Below are positions 40,227 through 50,558 of a stretch of 64,000 nucleotides of DNA, in pieces (position 1 is the first letter of the stretch; each line of letters starts with the position of its first letter). The stretch is taken from contig JAYWCB010000010.1 of the NCBI GenBank assembly GCA_043780835.1, forward strand, positions 2,845-66,844. The letters run 5' to 3'. Both the position numbers and the translations under genes were made by a program. The notes beneath the pieces are model-generated. The model ran no database searches. It was not told the DNA's origin and was given only the letters and a program-made list of their open reading frames with translations. Origin of the DNA: Minisyncoccota bacterium (GTDB lineage: Bacteria > Patescibacteriota > Minisyncoccia > Phycocordibacterales > UBA2100).

Positions 40227-40341
40227 CACGACCATTCTATCATTGTGTCGTCCTTGACTCGGTGCTGTTCCCGAGATTTGATTGATCCCAGTGCGTTTAG
40301 AGTGCGTATCAAAACAACCGTTATTCCCGGGAGGACATCAA

Positions 40342-40572
40342 ATGATTGTGACAGTGCGGGTCAAATGTCCAAAACATAGGACACTCGAACGAAAAGTGGA
40401 CGAAATGGATTTCGAAATCAAAGGGCCGTTTTATACCGGCAACGTGATTTCATTCCTCGCGGGTATTACCGGGCAGATCGTTGCGAAGCTTTCCAATGAA
40501 TACATTGAAGTGGAGGTCACGCCGTCCGACTACTCGAAATGCAAGGAAAGCGGTTTTGAACCGATCTTTTGA
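40342..40572 (+). CDS. Hypothetical small protein
   Basis: GGAGGA SD; downstream hairpin tagccgcc-tcaaa-aggcggcta region. Confidence 0.55.
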   Translation: MIVTVRVKCPKHRTLERKVDEMDFEIKGPFYTGNVISFLAGITGQIVAKLSNEYIEVEVTPSDYSKCKESGFEPIF

Positions 40573-40609
40573 TGCATTGAACTAGCCGCCTCAAAAGGCG
40601 GCTATTCTC

Positions 40610-42388
40610 TTAGTCTTCGCGCTCGTATAAGAGGTCGTCGGGCAGACGGAACAGCCCTTCATCGTTTCGCTTTTGTTCGATGAAATGAGAAATGAATCCC
40701 ACCGTACGTGGAATGATAAACAGTGCATTGAAAAATTCCGCGTCGAGCAGTTCGCCTATCTCCTGGTTGGAGTACCCGTCCTTTTCCTGCAAGAGATCGA
40801 GTACGAGTGCCGCCATGACGCCGTCAACATTTAAAATAAGATTACCGTTTTTTGCAGTCGTCACGGATTCAATGGCACGAGCAAAATCGTAGTGCGGATG
40901 TCGAGAAAGCAGTTCTGCAAATTCTGAGAGTGCTGCCACGCGCGGATCAGGAATACCGACCCGATATTTTCTATGACCGATCCCGGAGAGCAACTGCCCT
41001 GCCTTATTTTTTGCTTCCACATACGCGGCAGCGTCGGCGGCTGATGTCATGCCGTCGTGCCAACACCGTGCCGCATCGTTCACCGCGCCGCCAAAGCGCG
41101 GACCAACGGTCAGGAGTCCGGAGACCAGCGAAGAAACCATATCTTTCCCTGCGCGCGCGGTCACCATAGTGTTTACCGCGCCGGACACATGACCACCGTG
41201 ATCAATCAGAAGTTCAAATATATTTTCTACACATGCGGCTGTTTCTGCAGACACGGTGCGGCCGAGCAACGCCTTAAGAGCCGCAGCGGCAAATGCGTTT
41301 TCAGGCTGCTTCGTGAGCGTCCCACCCTTTACAAAAACCGGAACCGCATCGAGGTCGACTATTTTACGCGATGAAAGAATACTTGGTTTCCGTTCCATAA
41401 ACACCTTCGTATCAATGACCGTATCATGAATGAGTGGGAGCGAAATCTCGGCGAGCGCATGCAGAAAAAGAGGAAAGGTTTCCGGCGCGATCGCACCCGC
41501 ACTATTGAGCGCGTCACGTTTTGCACGCGCGCTTTCATCCTTTCTCGCAACAAGTGCCTTTGCATGCCCGAATTGCATTCGCTCATCAAATGCTTCGTCT
41601 ATGATTCCGGCAATGTAACAAATGATGGGTTTCGTGAGCTGTTTTGATTTCAGTAGTTCAACGATTTCATATTCGTCTGCGCCACCGAGTTCGCCAAAAT
41701 ACACAATCGCCTTTGTGGCGGGATCAGATTCTGCCAGTGCGAGAACCTGTGAAAGTGCCGTGACCGGAAACCGGTCGCCACCGATCGAGAGAGAAAACGA
41801 CACGCGCTTCCCTGCCTGCACTACGGCGCGAATCAGCTCATTGGTCATACCTCCGGATGTAGACACGACCGCAACAGATCCTTCGGTTGCAAGTTTCCCC
41901 GCTTCGATTTGTGCCACATCTGTACCGCCGATCGCACCAAGTTTTAAGTATTTTGGAACGAGTAATCCCACGCCGGATGATCCGGCGATAAGATAGTTCG
42001 CCCCAAATTTCGCAATGAGCTCGGTCGCGTGATTTTCAGGTACGTTTTCAGCAAAGAGATGTCCGCCGAGTGCATCAGGAAACGCAGAAAAGAAACCGAT
42101 TGTTGAGGCGAGGGTGCGACGTCCTGACAGGGCGTTGAGCATCCATTGCACGCGAGCATGCGATGCTTTCGGGACATGCGCATAGTCGCGATAGCATGGG
42201 ATCAGAATCTCTGATGTGCCGAAAAAGAATTTCTGAGCTTTTCGCGTGCCGGAAATGATCCCGATAATAGACGGACGAGATTTGCCTGAAAGCGCATCGA
42301 AATCAAGTATGGACTGCACAATTCCCGGATGATTTCCGACGACGAGAATCCCGTCTGCTCCACTTCGTATTCGTTCAATGAGCGTCAT
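40610..42388 (-). CDS. aclA: ATP-citrate lyase alpha subunit-like
   Basis: STSGGM, GELGG, QFGHA (phospho-His), DHG, GPRFGGA, GIGHR, LILNVDG. Confidence 0.88.
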   Translation of the reverse strand: MTLIERIRSGADGILVVGNHPGIVQSILDFDALSGKSRPSIIGIISGTRKAQKFFFGTSEILIPCYRDYAHVPKASHARVQWMLNALSGRRTLASTIGFFSAFPDALGGHLFAENVPENHATELIAKFGANYLIAGSSGVGLLVPKYLKLGAIGGTDVAQIEAGKLATEGSVAVVSTSGGMTNELIRAVVQAGKRVSFSLSIGGDRFPVTALSQVLALAESDPATKAIVYFGELGGADEYEIVELLKSKQLTKPIICYIAGIIDEAFDERMQFGHAKALVARKDESARAKRDALNSAGAIAPETFPLFLHALAEISLPLIHDTVIDTKVFMERKPSILSSRKIVDLDAVPVFVKGGTLTKQPENAFAAAALKALLGRTVSAETAACVENIFELLIDHGGHVSGAVNTMVTARAGKDMVSSLVSGLLTVGPRFGGAVNDAARCWHDGMTSAADAAAYVEAKNKAGQLLSGIGHRKYRVGIPDPRVAALSEFAELLSRHPHYDFARAIESVTTAKNGNLILNVDGVMAALVLDLLQEKDGYSNQEIGELLDAEFFNALFIIPRTVGFISHFIEQKRNDEGLFRLPDDLLYERED

Positions 42389-42389
42389 A

Positions 42390-43538
42390 TTATTGAATGA
42401 AAACAATAGCTTCTTCCACTGCACGCGTGATCACATCATCAGAGCCATGTACCGAGCCAAAAAGTCTCTCTTTTTCCAAAAAAGATTTCATAAGGGACAG
42501 ACCAGCCGCTTCATTAGGTCCGCCGCGTCGCACAAACACGCGAATTCCCTGTTCCCTTAATGGCGCTGCGACTTCCGAAAGCGCATCGATAATGCCCAGA
42601 AACGTCTTTTTTACGTCGGTGAAATTGGCAACGCCGCCGGCAATCACGAGTGCTTTTTTGGGCGCCTCAGATGCAAGGAGGAGCGAGAGGATTTCTTTTG
42701 CATATAAATACGTCTCCTCGCGCGTTGGTCCACCGCTGTATTCGCCGTAGTTGGCAAGGAGCGATCCCGCACCCTGCAATTGCACTTCATCGGCGATGAC
42801 GATGGATCCACCGCCGCCGGAGAGCAGGAAAAAGAGGGCGCCGTTCGGATTGATTACCGAGAGCTTCAGCGACGCGGGGGTTGTTGCGGCAAGAGCTTCA
42901 ACGCGACTTTCTGCCGGATGTTTTGCTTTTTGTTTGATGACATCGGAATCAGTCCACGAATCTCGCAGGAAAAATTCGCCCGCACTGTCGACGAGCGCCG
43001 CCGCATCGAGCAAAACTGCGGATCCATTTAAAACGACGAGCGGATTGATTTCGAGAAATGCAAAAAATTCTTTTTCGAACGCATCACCCACGCGCGCAAA
43101 AAACGCTTCCGGTATACCGGTCGACGATGCGATTGACGCCACGTCTTCTTTTTTTGTAAGCATGTATGTATGCACCGCTTCGGGATGCGCTTCGATATCG
43201 ACGCCTCCGTCTTTTGCGTGCAAAACGCGAATTCCGTCCCGCACACGCTCAAATGATATGTATTGATCGAGGGTCGCATCGTGATCCATGTATGGGTCGA
43301 GCAAGAATTGCGTGAATCCTTTTTCCTCCCACGCCGCTATCGCAGATTTAATTTCTGCGTCGCTTTTATCCACCACAAGAAGCCCCTGCTTGAAGCGCTT
43401 CTTGATCCCTTGATCCACCTTTGCGACCCACCGCCCCGCTGGAATAGAAATCGCTCCTGTGTGCAATTGCACACCGGTATACGAATCTCCGAGAAGGATT
43501 TTCTTCGCCTTATATTCGCTGAGCTTTACACGCGCCAT
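42390..43538 (-). CDS. aclB: ATP-citrate lyase beta subunit-like
   Basis: LSEYKAK, LEINPL, GGGGS, NYGEYSGGP, GGVANFT, VRRGGPN. Confidence 0.9.
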   Translation of the reverse strand: MARVKLSEYKAKKILLGDSYTGVQLHTGAISIPAGRWVAKVDQGIKKRFKQGLLVVDKSDAEIKSAIAAWEEKGFTQFLLDPYMDHDATLDQYISFERVRDGIRVLHAKDGGVDIEAHPEAVHTYMLTKKEDVASIASSTGIPEAFFARVGDAFEKEFFAFLEINPLVVLNGSAVLLDAAALVDSAGEFFLRDSWTDSDVIKQKAKHPAESRVEALAATTPASLKLSVINPNGALFFLLSGGGGSIVIADEVQLQGAGSLLANYGEYSGGPTREETYLYAKEILSLLLASEAPKKALVIAGGVANFTDVKKTFLGIIDALSEVAAPLREQGIRVFVRRGGPNEAAGLSLMKSFLEKERLFGSVHGSDDVITRAVEEAIVFIQ

Positions 43539-43540
43539 AT

Positions 43541-43978
43541 TTATAGCTTGAGCCTGTACGGATTTGTTTCTTTGAGTTCGAATCCTAGTTTTTGATACAG
43601 TTTGTTCGCTGCAACACGCGACGGCCGGGACGTGAGCGCTATCGAAACAGCTCCAAAAGACTTTGCGAGCTCTATCGTTTTGGATACGAGCTGCTCTCCA
43701 AGACCCTGTCCTCTATACGCACTGCTCACGACAACATCCTCAAGGTGAGAAACAAGCTTGCCCACTTTGGGCATTACATAGAGCGTAGCGACACCAATGA
43801 TCGTGTCGTCGTCATTGACCGTAACCATGATGATATTCTTTTCCTGCAATAACACCTGAACTCTTTCGAGGGTAGCCTTAGGAATATTTTCAGAATCGGG
43901 GCTCAATTCTTGCATCAATAGATTGAGCTGCTCAACGCCATCAGGCGTGATGGACGTACGACGCGAAATGGTAATCAT
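43541..43978 (-). CDS. GNAT N-acetyltransferase
   Basis: EDVVVSSAYRGQGLG, ANKLYQKLGF. Confidence 0.9.
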   Translation of the reverse strand: MITISRRTSITPDGVEQLNLLMQELSPDSENIPKATLERVQVLLQEKNIIMVTVNDDDTIIGVATLYVMPKVGKLVSHLEDVVVSSAYRGQGLGEQLVSKTIELAKSFGAVSIALTSRPSRVAANKLYQKLGFELKETNPYRLKL

Positions 43979-44076
43979 TGCTCGAGAGTACCGTTAGAGT
44001 GGCGTCCGTGCAATCTGCAGTTTCTATATACAAGGCCGCAGCAGTGCTGCGGCCTTTCTTTACGGACAGAACAATT

Positions 44077-44226
44077 CTATTTCTTCTTCGTTTGAGCCTG
44101 CTTGCGTTTCTCGGCCTCTTCCCGTTCAGCGCGCTTATCACCTTCCGGTGAATGACGCTTTACCATTCCTTCGCCTGCGGCGCGCACAATATCCGGGTCT
44201 TCAGACGTTGATTTCTTATTTCCCAT
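44077..44226 (-). CDS. Small charged protein (49 aa, not in ORF track)
   Basis: AAGGAGG SD; MGNKKSTSEDPDIVRAAGEGMVKRHSPEGDKRAEREEAEKRKQAQTKKK*; hairpin 44032-44056 downstream. Confidence 0.6.
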   Translation of the reverse strand: MGNKKSTSEDPDIVRAAGEGMVKRHSPEGDKRAEREEAEKRKQAQTKKK

Positions 44227-44302
44227 GATCTCCTCCTTGGTTCGTGGGGTAGGTCAAACGGTACACCCGTTGCATCCATCGTCAATATGCAAAGATACGC
44301 AC

Positions 44303-44875
44303 TTAGAGATGTGTCTCAGCGATCGCACGATTGATCGACTTCAGCATTATTTCTTTCAGAATTTCGGCTTCCTGCATGTGGTCGCTTCCGTACTGTGTGT
44401 GTGTGAAAAGAGTTGTTTTGAGCGCTTCTGCCGACACGTACCCGAGCGCAAAGAGCACGCGGGCAACGGAGACAATTTCGATCGTGGGAATCGCGAGGAC
44501 CTCGGTGCTCATCAGGACGCGATGCGCTTCGGCAAGCACATCGAAGAGGTATTCGTTCTTTTCTTCACCCGCGACCACTCTGAGCGTCAACTCAGAAATG
44601 CGCGCAAACGCTGAAATCCCGGAGACCGATCCCGTGGGAAGTGAGCGCGCACTCGCCCCCGCCATCCGCCATCCGCGCTTCCCTTTTACGAGCGACGTCA
44701 TGGAGCAGCTGTACAATTGAGATGCGTAGCGCATTTTTGAATGTTCCGAACGGACTGCACTCGCACGTGCACGCACTAATCCGAAATCACGCGTCATGAG
44801 TGCGAGGGTTCGATCTGCTTCTCCGCGCTCGGAACTGCCGAGCACGATCGCTTCCGTGTGATATTTCTGATACAT
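44303..44875 (-). CDS. recO: DNA repair protein RecO
   Basis: TEAIVL...GEADR...TRDFGLVRA.A..VR...SK. Confidence 0.85.
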   Translation of the reverse strand: MYQKYHTEAIVLGSSERGEADRTLALMTRDFGLVRARASAVRSEHSKMRYASQLYSCSMTSLVKGKRGWRMAGASARSLPTGSVSGISAFARISELTLRVVAGEEKNEYLFDVLAEAHRVLMSTEVLAIPTIEIVSVARVLFALGYVSAEALKTTLFTHTQYGSDHMQEAEILKEIMLKSINRAIAETHL

Positions 44876-44883
44876 CGGATTGT

Positions 44884-47778
44884 TTATCGCTCTAGTGTGA
44901 CTCGCTTTTTGTCGGCCTCGGCGAATCGGAGTGCGTCGACCTTCGTAGATACCTGCAGTTCTACGGCGTATTTTTTTAAAATAACTATTTCATCGGGCAT
45001 TGCTTCAATGAGCGCACCCGCGATGACGTCTGTAGGTGCGAGCTCCGAATCTTTTCGTGCGCCCTGCAACAAGCGTCTCACTTCGCGCACAAGCCCCTCT
45101 TCCAGCAGTGCCTCGGTGACGACCGTATCGAGCTTTACGCCCGGCTCGTCCATAAAAATTACCTCTTTTACGTTGACCTCGTCTTTTATCAAATCGAGAT
45201 GTTCTTGAATACCAGGTGTATCACGCGCATACAGATCAGTTTGACCGATATGGAGTGCAGCAAGAGGTTGTCGCACATTGAGCTTGAGCACCTCTCGCTC
45301 TTTCAGCGCATTTGAAACAATGAGGCGTGTTGCAAACATGCGCGTGAGTTCTTGCGCAGCATTTGTATCGTGCGGTAGGATTTCCGGCCACATCGACAAA
45401 TGCACACTTTCTTCGTCTTCTTCCTCGCGCACTGCCCGGAATAAATACTCCGCATAAAACGGCATCGCAGGCGCCATTACACGCGCGAGCGTGTGTAACA
45501 CATACCGAAGCGTTGCGAGCGCGACGGTCTTGTCGCTACCCGCAACCTTGAAACGCTCGCGAGAGCGTCGCAGATACCATACGGAAAGATCGTCGATAAA
45601 CTGCGCGAGCGGACGCGTGGCGGTATCAAGCTCGTATGTTTCGTATCCGTCGGTACTCTCCCCCACGAGCGCATTCACGCGCGCCACGATCCACCGATCA
45701 AGCACGTGCGCACTCTTAAAGTCGCGCACCGTGCCATCGGCATAGAGATTGTAGAACTCGAGCACGTTGTTGAGTCGCCCGATATTTTTCTTTACGATTT
45801 CGTCAACACCTTTTTCTGAAAACATCAGGTTTTCGGCCTGCATGACCGGTGACGTGAGGAGATAGAATCGAAGCGCATCCGCGCCATATTTGTTTACGAC
45901 TTCCATTGGATCGGGATAGTTCTTCAGCTTCTTCGCCATCTTCTTACCATCTTCGGCGAGCACGATGCCGTTGACGATGACGTTTTGAAACGCGTTCTTT
46001 TCGAGCAGTGCTCCACCGAGTACGTGCAGGTAGTAGAACCACGCACGCGTTTGATCGAGCCCTTCCGCAATAAACTGCGCGGGAAACGCAGCATCAAACT
46101 TTTCTTTATTCTCAAACGGATAGTGGCGTTCCCCGTATGGCATAGAGCCTGAATCAAACCACGTGTCGAGCACGTCGGGGACACGCTTCATCGTACCGCC
46201 GCAGCTGCACGCAACGGTGATCCCATCGACGACGTGCTTATGGAGATCATCGACTGTTTTCCCGCTCGCCTCTTCGAGTTCGGTCGCACTGCCGAAAACT
46301 TGTTTTTCTTTACAGTCCACGCATACCCAAATTGGCATGACGCTCGCCCAAAAGCGCTGACGACTGATTGACCAATCGCGCGCGCCGCTCAGCCACATTC
46401 CGAAACGGCCTTCTTTGATGTGCTCAGGTGACCACGAAATATTCTCGGCATTTTGGAGAAGATTCGGCTTGATGCCGGTCACATTTACAAACCACGACGA
46501 GGTCGCGTAGTTCAAGAGTGGCGTGTCGCACCGCCAGCAATGAGGATACGGGTGTACGATATTCTCTTTCGAGAAAAACGTACCGTACTCCTGCAGATAT
46601 TTCAAAACAGCGATGTCGGTACCGAGACGCACCTTATCATCGTCGGAATTCGGTTTTACTTCCATGCCTGCAAACGCGGTGACCTCGGGCTTCATCGTGC
46701 CGTCGAAATTCACATGCTGCACAAAAGGAAGGTTTACCTGCTTGAGTAGTTCCCAGTCGTCGGCACCGAATGCGGGGGCCTCATGCGCAATGCCCGTACC
46801 ACTGTCTGCAGTAACAAAATCTGCGTGATACACCTTCCACCCGTTTTCACGATTCTTTAACGTCTCGTCTTTGCTGTAGTAGTCGAACGGCGGCTCATAT
46901 TCGAGACCAATAATCTCAGAAGCACTGATCGGCCGGACGATTGAGGATGGTTCAGGAATAGGGCTTTTATCTCGTATTTGCGCAACGATAAAATTGTCCC
47001 CCTCTTTCTCAATCAGCACATATGGAATATCCTTCCCGACAGCGAGTGCCACGTTACCCGGTAGCGTCCAGGGAGTCGTGGTCCATGCGAGAAAATATGT
47101 ATTTTCAGGAAATCCGTGTTTCTCCGGATCTTTCATCTTGAACTTCACCGTCACCGAAATGTCTTTTACTTCTTTGTACCCCTCACTCACCTCTTGTTGA
47201 GAGAGTGTGGTTTCGCAGCGCGGGCAAATATGCATCGAGCGATAATCTTCGTACACGAGTCCTTTGTCGTAGATCGTTTTAAAAACCCACCACACGCTCT
47301 CCATAAAATCCTTATCCATTGTGCGGTACGCATGCTCCATGTCTGCCCATCTGCCGATACGCGGAATAATCTTTTCCCATTCATGCGCGTATGTGAGCAC
47401 CATTTCGCGGCATCGTTCGTTGAACTTCGCAACGCCGTACGCCTTGATGTCTTTCTTATGTTTAAAGCCGAGCTCTTTCTCGACGATGTTTTCAATCGGA
47501 AGGCCGTGACAATCCCATCCCCAACGGCGAGGCACATGATAGCCGCGCATCGTCCAGTAGCGAGGCACCACGTCCTTGATTACCGAAGCAACGATGTGGC
47601 CGTAATGCGGTAGGCCGGTTGCAAAGGGTGGGCCGTCATAAAATACGTAGTCGCCCTTCGGTGCGTCTTGCGCAAGCGACTTCTCGAAAATCTTGTTTTC
47701 ATTCCAAAAAGCGAGGATATCTTCCTCCCGCTTGGCGACTGATGATTTATCGACGTTTTCAGCCAGCTTTTTGTCCAT
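44884..47778 (-). CDS. ileS: Isoleucine--tRNA ligase
   Basis: DGPPFATGLPHYGH, GWDCHGLP, WTTTPWTLP, KMAKK. Confidence 0.97.
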   Translation of the reverse strand: MDKKLAENVDKSSVAKREEDILAFWNENKIFEKSLAQDAPKGDYVFYDGPPFATGLPHYGHIVASVIKDVVPRYWTMRGYHVPRRWGWDCHGLPIENIVEKELGFKHKKDIKAYGVAKFNERCREMVLTYAHEWEKIIPRIGRWADMEHAYRTMDKDFMESVWWVFKTIYDKGLVYEDYRSMHICPRCETTLSQQEVSEGYKEVKDISVTVKFKMKDPEKHGFPENTYFLAWTTTPWTLPGNVALAVGKDIPYVLIEKEGDNFIVAQIRDKSPIPEPSSIVRPISASEIIGLEYEPPFDYYSKDETLKNRENGWKVYHADFVTADSGTGIAHEAPAFGADDWELLKQVNLPFVQHVNFDGTMKPEVTAFAGMEVKPNSDDDKVRLGTDIAVLKYLQEYGTFFSKENIVHPYPHCWRCDTPLLNYATSSWFVNVTGIKPNLLQNAENISWSPEHIKEGRFGMWLSGARDWSISRQRFWASVMPIWVCVDCKEKQVFGSATELEEASGKTVDDLHKHVVDGITVACSCGGTMKRVPDVLDTWFDSGSMPYGERHYPFENKEKFDAAFPAQFIAEGLDQTRAWFYYLHVLGGALLEKNAFQNVIVNGIVLAEDGKKMAKKLKNYPDPMEVVNKYGADALRFYLLTSPVMQAENLMFSEKGVDEIVKKNIGRLNNVLEFYNLYADGTVRDFKSAHVLDRWIVARVNALVGESTDGYETYELDTATRPLAQFIDDLSVWYLRRSRERFKVAGSDKTVALATLRYVLHTLARVMAPAMPFYAEYLFRAVREEEDEESVHLSMWPEILPHDTNAAQELTRMFATRLIVSNALKEREVLKLNVRQPLAALHIGQTDLYARDTPGIQEHLDLIKDEVNVKEVIFMDEPGVKLDTVVTEALLEEGLVREVRRLLQGARKDSELAPTDVIAGALIEAMPDEIVILKKYAVELQVSTKVDALRFAEADKKRVTLER

Positions 47779-47806
47779 ATGGGTGTCATCGTAACAAAAA
47801 ACGAAG

Positions 47807-47830
47807 CCCGGTGCGAAAAGTCGCACCGGG
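47807..47830 (-). terminator. Terminator hairpin upstream of ileS
   Basis: cccggtgcga-aaag-tcgcaccggg followed by a T-run on the minus strand. Confidence 0.65.
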
Positions 47831-47859
47831 TCGATTGAGAACAGGGTCCTCATACAAAT

Positions 47860-48042
47860 TCAGATCGTAGAAAAACGGCACTCATTCCTGACACGGACTG
47901 GCTTGTCTCTGGCATGTGCGGCGATGAAATCGTCGTACGCGTGACGATCTTCGCAGACCGTCTCGATGGCCTTGCTTCCGACAAGCAAAAATACAGCTCT
48001 GGGGAATTGCAGCGAACTCGCATCGACAGCAATCTGTTGCAT
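47860..48042 (-). CDS. Small hypothetical protein or leader ORF
   Basis: GGGAGG SD, 60 aa, terminator after the stop. Confidence 0.45.
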   Translation of the reverse strand: MQQIAVDASSLQFPRAVFLLVGSKAIETVCEDRHAYDDFIAAHARDKPVRVRNECRFSTI

Positions 48043-48124
48043 TTTTTCCTCCCGATTCAGAACACAGAGGTAATTCCTCTGCCGTATAAAAGCGTATCAA
48101 GCCCCGCAGTACGCGCAAGTGCTC

Positions 48125-49831
48125 CTACATTTTTTCCGGGGCAGGAATACCAAGAATCCAGAGACCGTTTTTGAGAGTGTTTCGAACTGCGTTTACCACA
48201 GCCACTTTGTGCGCAGCCGCTGGCGTGCCGTCGAGAATCTGCTCTTGCGCGTACCAACTGTTATATGCCGAAGCGAGCTCGGTGAGATACGTGGTCACGA
48301 TATGCGGCTCCATAAGAACGGACGCTTGTTCAATAACTTCCGGAAATCGATGCAGGAGGCGTGTGACGAGAGACGGCGGCGCCTGCAGATCAGCGTGCGC
48401 ATGGATGCCCTCTGCTTTTGCCCGCTCTACAATCTGATGTGCGCGAGCGTGGGCATATTGCAGATACGGCCCCGAATCTCCTTCGAGCGAAAGCGCCCGC
48501 TCGCGATCAAAAATAATATCCTTACCGCTCGCCTGCTTAAGAATTTGGAATTTAATAGCGGCGACTGCAACATCATTTGCAAGCTGGTCTTTATCGTCAG
48601 CACGACTCTCCGCTGCGCGCGCCTTTGCAGCACCAGAAAGCTCATCAAGGAGAGCCTCTCCGGTAATAACATCACCGGTGCGGGATGACATTTTTCCAGT
48701 CGGGAGCCGCATCATGCCGTGCGTAATGTGCGTGGTCTTACCCGCGATTCCTGCGAGTTCGGGGATCAGGAGCGCGGCGGCTCGAACCACGCGAAAATAA
48801 TCTTTTTGTTCGGAAGCCGTTACCGTCACGGACACATCCGGAACCCAGCCAAACATGTCATTTTTAGATTTATAGAGTCCGAGTTCTTTTGCCTCATACG
48901 TTGGCAAGCCCTGAGAGGTTATGAATACTCGTGTATGCAATGTCGGATCAACATCTTCTCCCTTGAATACGATAGCGCCGTCGCTCGACATAAAGACCGC
49001 AGGAGTATTTTCTTCTACTATCGTTTTGCCGATCCACCAACAAAGACTTTCATAAAAATAGTAGTCGAAATAATCCTCAGTACCGGTGTGGTTTTGCACC
49101 TTTTCCATACCGACCTGTGCGTAGATTTTTTCGAATGCCGCCTGTGATGACAACAATCCTGTTTTGTAGTGTTCGTTGATGAGTGGATCTTCGCGCGTGT
49201 ACACTTTTTTATTGATGGCATCGATATCCGCCTTGTTGTCTTCGTACAGTTTTGATCCGTACGCATATGCTTCCCCCCACGAAAGTTGGGGCTGCTGCAT
49301 TTTCCCCCAAATGGATTTGGCAACGTGCAGCCCAACATCACCCTGATAGTTCGCGCGCCGCACGTCGGCTCCTGCAAATTCGGACAATCGCGCAACAGAT
49401 TCACCGATAGCATTGCTCATTAAATGACCAATGTGGAACTCCTTGAATGGATTCGGATCGGTGTATTCGAACAGAACCTTCTGATGCGATGGCGCATTTC
49501 TTCCCCACGCTTCATTCGAGGCGTATCCCACGGTTTCGGCAATTTCTTTCGGTGAAAGCGTGACATTGATAAATCCCGGTCCCGCAATCGTAATGGATTC
49601 GATGCCGTCTATTTCGCCTAAAGCCGCCACTATTTTTTCGGCTAGCTCTCGTGGCGGAATACCGGTCTGTTTTGAGTATTTCATCGCGACGCCCGTCGCG
49701 TAGTCACCATGAGAAATATCGAGCGGATACTCGATTTTTATGTCTGTGGCTGCCACTTCGATATCGTAGTTTGCGAGCGCTGCTGCAAGTGCGACACGCA
49801 ATCGATTTGAGATCGCTTCAGGAATTAACAT
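48125..49831 (-). CDS. argS: Arginine--tRNA ligase
   Basis: HGDYA, GPGFIN, FHIGH, KMSSRTG, GPYLQYAHAR. Confidence 0.97.
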   Translation of the reverse strand: MLIPEAISNRLRVALAAALANYDIEVAATDIKIEYPLDISHGDYATGVAMKYSKQTGIPPRELAEKIVAALGEIDGIESITIAGPGFINVTLSPKEIAETVGYASNEAWGRNAPSHQKVLFEYTDPNPFKEFHIGHLMSNAIGESVARLSEFAGADVRRANYQGDVGLHVAKSIWGKMQQPQLSWGEAYAYGSKLYEDNKADIDAINKKVYTREDPLINEHYKTGLLSSQAAFEKIYAQVGMEKVQNHTGTEDYFDYYFYESLCWWIGKTIVEENTPAVFMSSDGAIVFKGEDVDPTLHTRVFITSQGLPTYEAKELGLYKSKNDMFGWVPDVSVTVTASEQKDYFRVVRAAALLIPELAGIAGKTTHITHGMMRLPTGKMSSRTGDVITGEALLDELSGAAKARAAESRADDKDQLANDVAVAAIKFQILKQASGKDIIFDRERALSLEGDSGPYLQYAHARAHQIVERAKAEGIHAHADLQAPPSLVTRLLHRFPEVIEQASVLMEPHIVTTYLTELASAYNSWYAQEQILDGTPAAAHKVAVVNAVRNTLKNGLWILGIPAPEKM

Positions 49832-49845
49832 GCGGAGATTGTACC

Positions 49846-50481
49846 TTAGGAAGCACTAATGGCGTCCCACACACGCTCATGGATATCTGTTGCAGACTCT
49901 CCTTTTTTACAATCTACCGTTCTCCATGTTTTGTCTTTTGCCCGTCTGTTATACAGGTCGGCGACACGTTTCTGGTATTCCTGATCCTGCTCATGCTGAT
50001 CAAGCGCGTGTCCCGCATCGTCCATATGATCTTTCGCGAGCTCTACCGGGAGCTTGAGGTAAATGACTCGATGCGGTTTCGGAAGACCGAGCTCTTCGAA
50101 CATAATATTTTCAACGAGTTTTATGAAATGGCTACGCGTAGCGCCCTCAACTTTCGCGCCGTGATATGCGATGGTACTTGGCACATAACGGTCAAAAACC
50201 ACAAAGCCAGTCTTCAGAGACTCAACAAGGCCTTCCTTTTGAGTTGCAAAATCGAGGAGGTACGGCATTGCAGAAAGGTATGGCGAAAGATTTTTGAAAT
50301 CGCCGAATTTACCGGAGAGCGCATTTCGAACAACTTTGCCGATCGGTTTTTCGTAGTTTGGGGTCTGCATCAGTTTTACCTGGTGCCCCTGTTTTCGCAG
50401 CCGATCGACAAGCAATTTTGCCTGCGTCGCTTTGCCCGAGCCGTCGATGCCCTCAAATACGATGAGTGTATTGGTCCTCAT
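49846..50481 (-). CDS. tmk: Thymidylate kinase
   Basis: IVFEGIDGSGKATQ, DRY. Confidence 0.9.
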   Translation of the reverse strand: MRTNTLIVFEGIDGSGKATQAKLLVDRLRKQGHQVKLMQTPNYEKPIGKVVRNALSGKFGDFKNLSPYLSAMPYLLDFATQKEGLVESLKTGFVVFDRYVPSTIAYHGAKVEGATRSHFIKLVENIMFEELGLPKPHRVIYLKLPVELAKDHMDDAGHALDQHEQDQEYQKRVADLYNRRAKDKTWRTVDCKKGESATDIHERVWDAISAS

Positions 50482-50558
50482 ATGCGCCAGTATTCCTTTG
50501 AGCGCCTTAAAAAGCAACAACCCCTCATATGAGGGGTTGTTGCTGGATGTAGGAGTGT

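Noticed and set aside
43990-44000. Fourth copy of the CCCGTTAGA element (accgttagag)
   Set aside because: No matching TCTAACGG end or target duplication nearby
47779-48120. T-box riboswitch for ileS
   Set aside because: No GGTGG.ACC antiterminator consensus seen before the terminator
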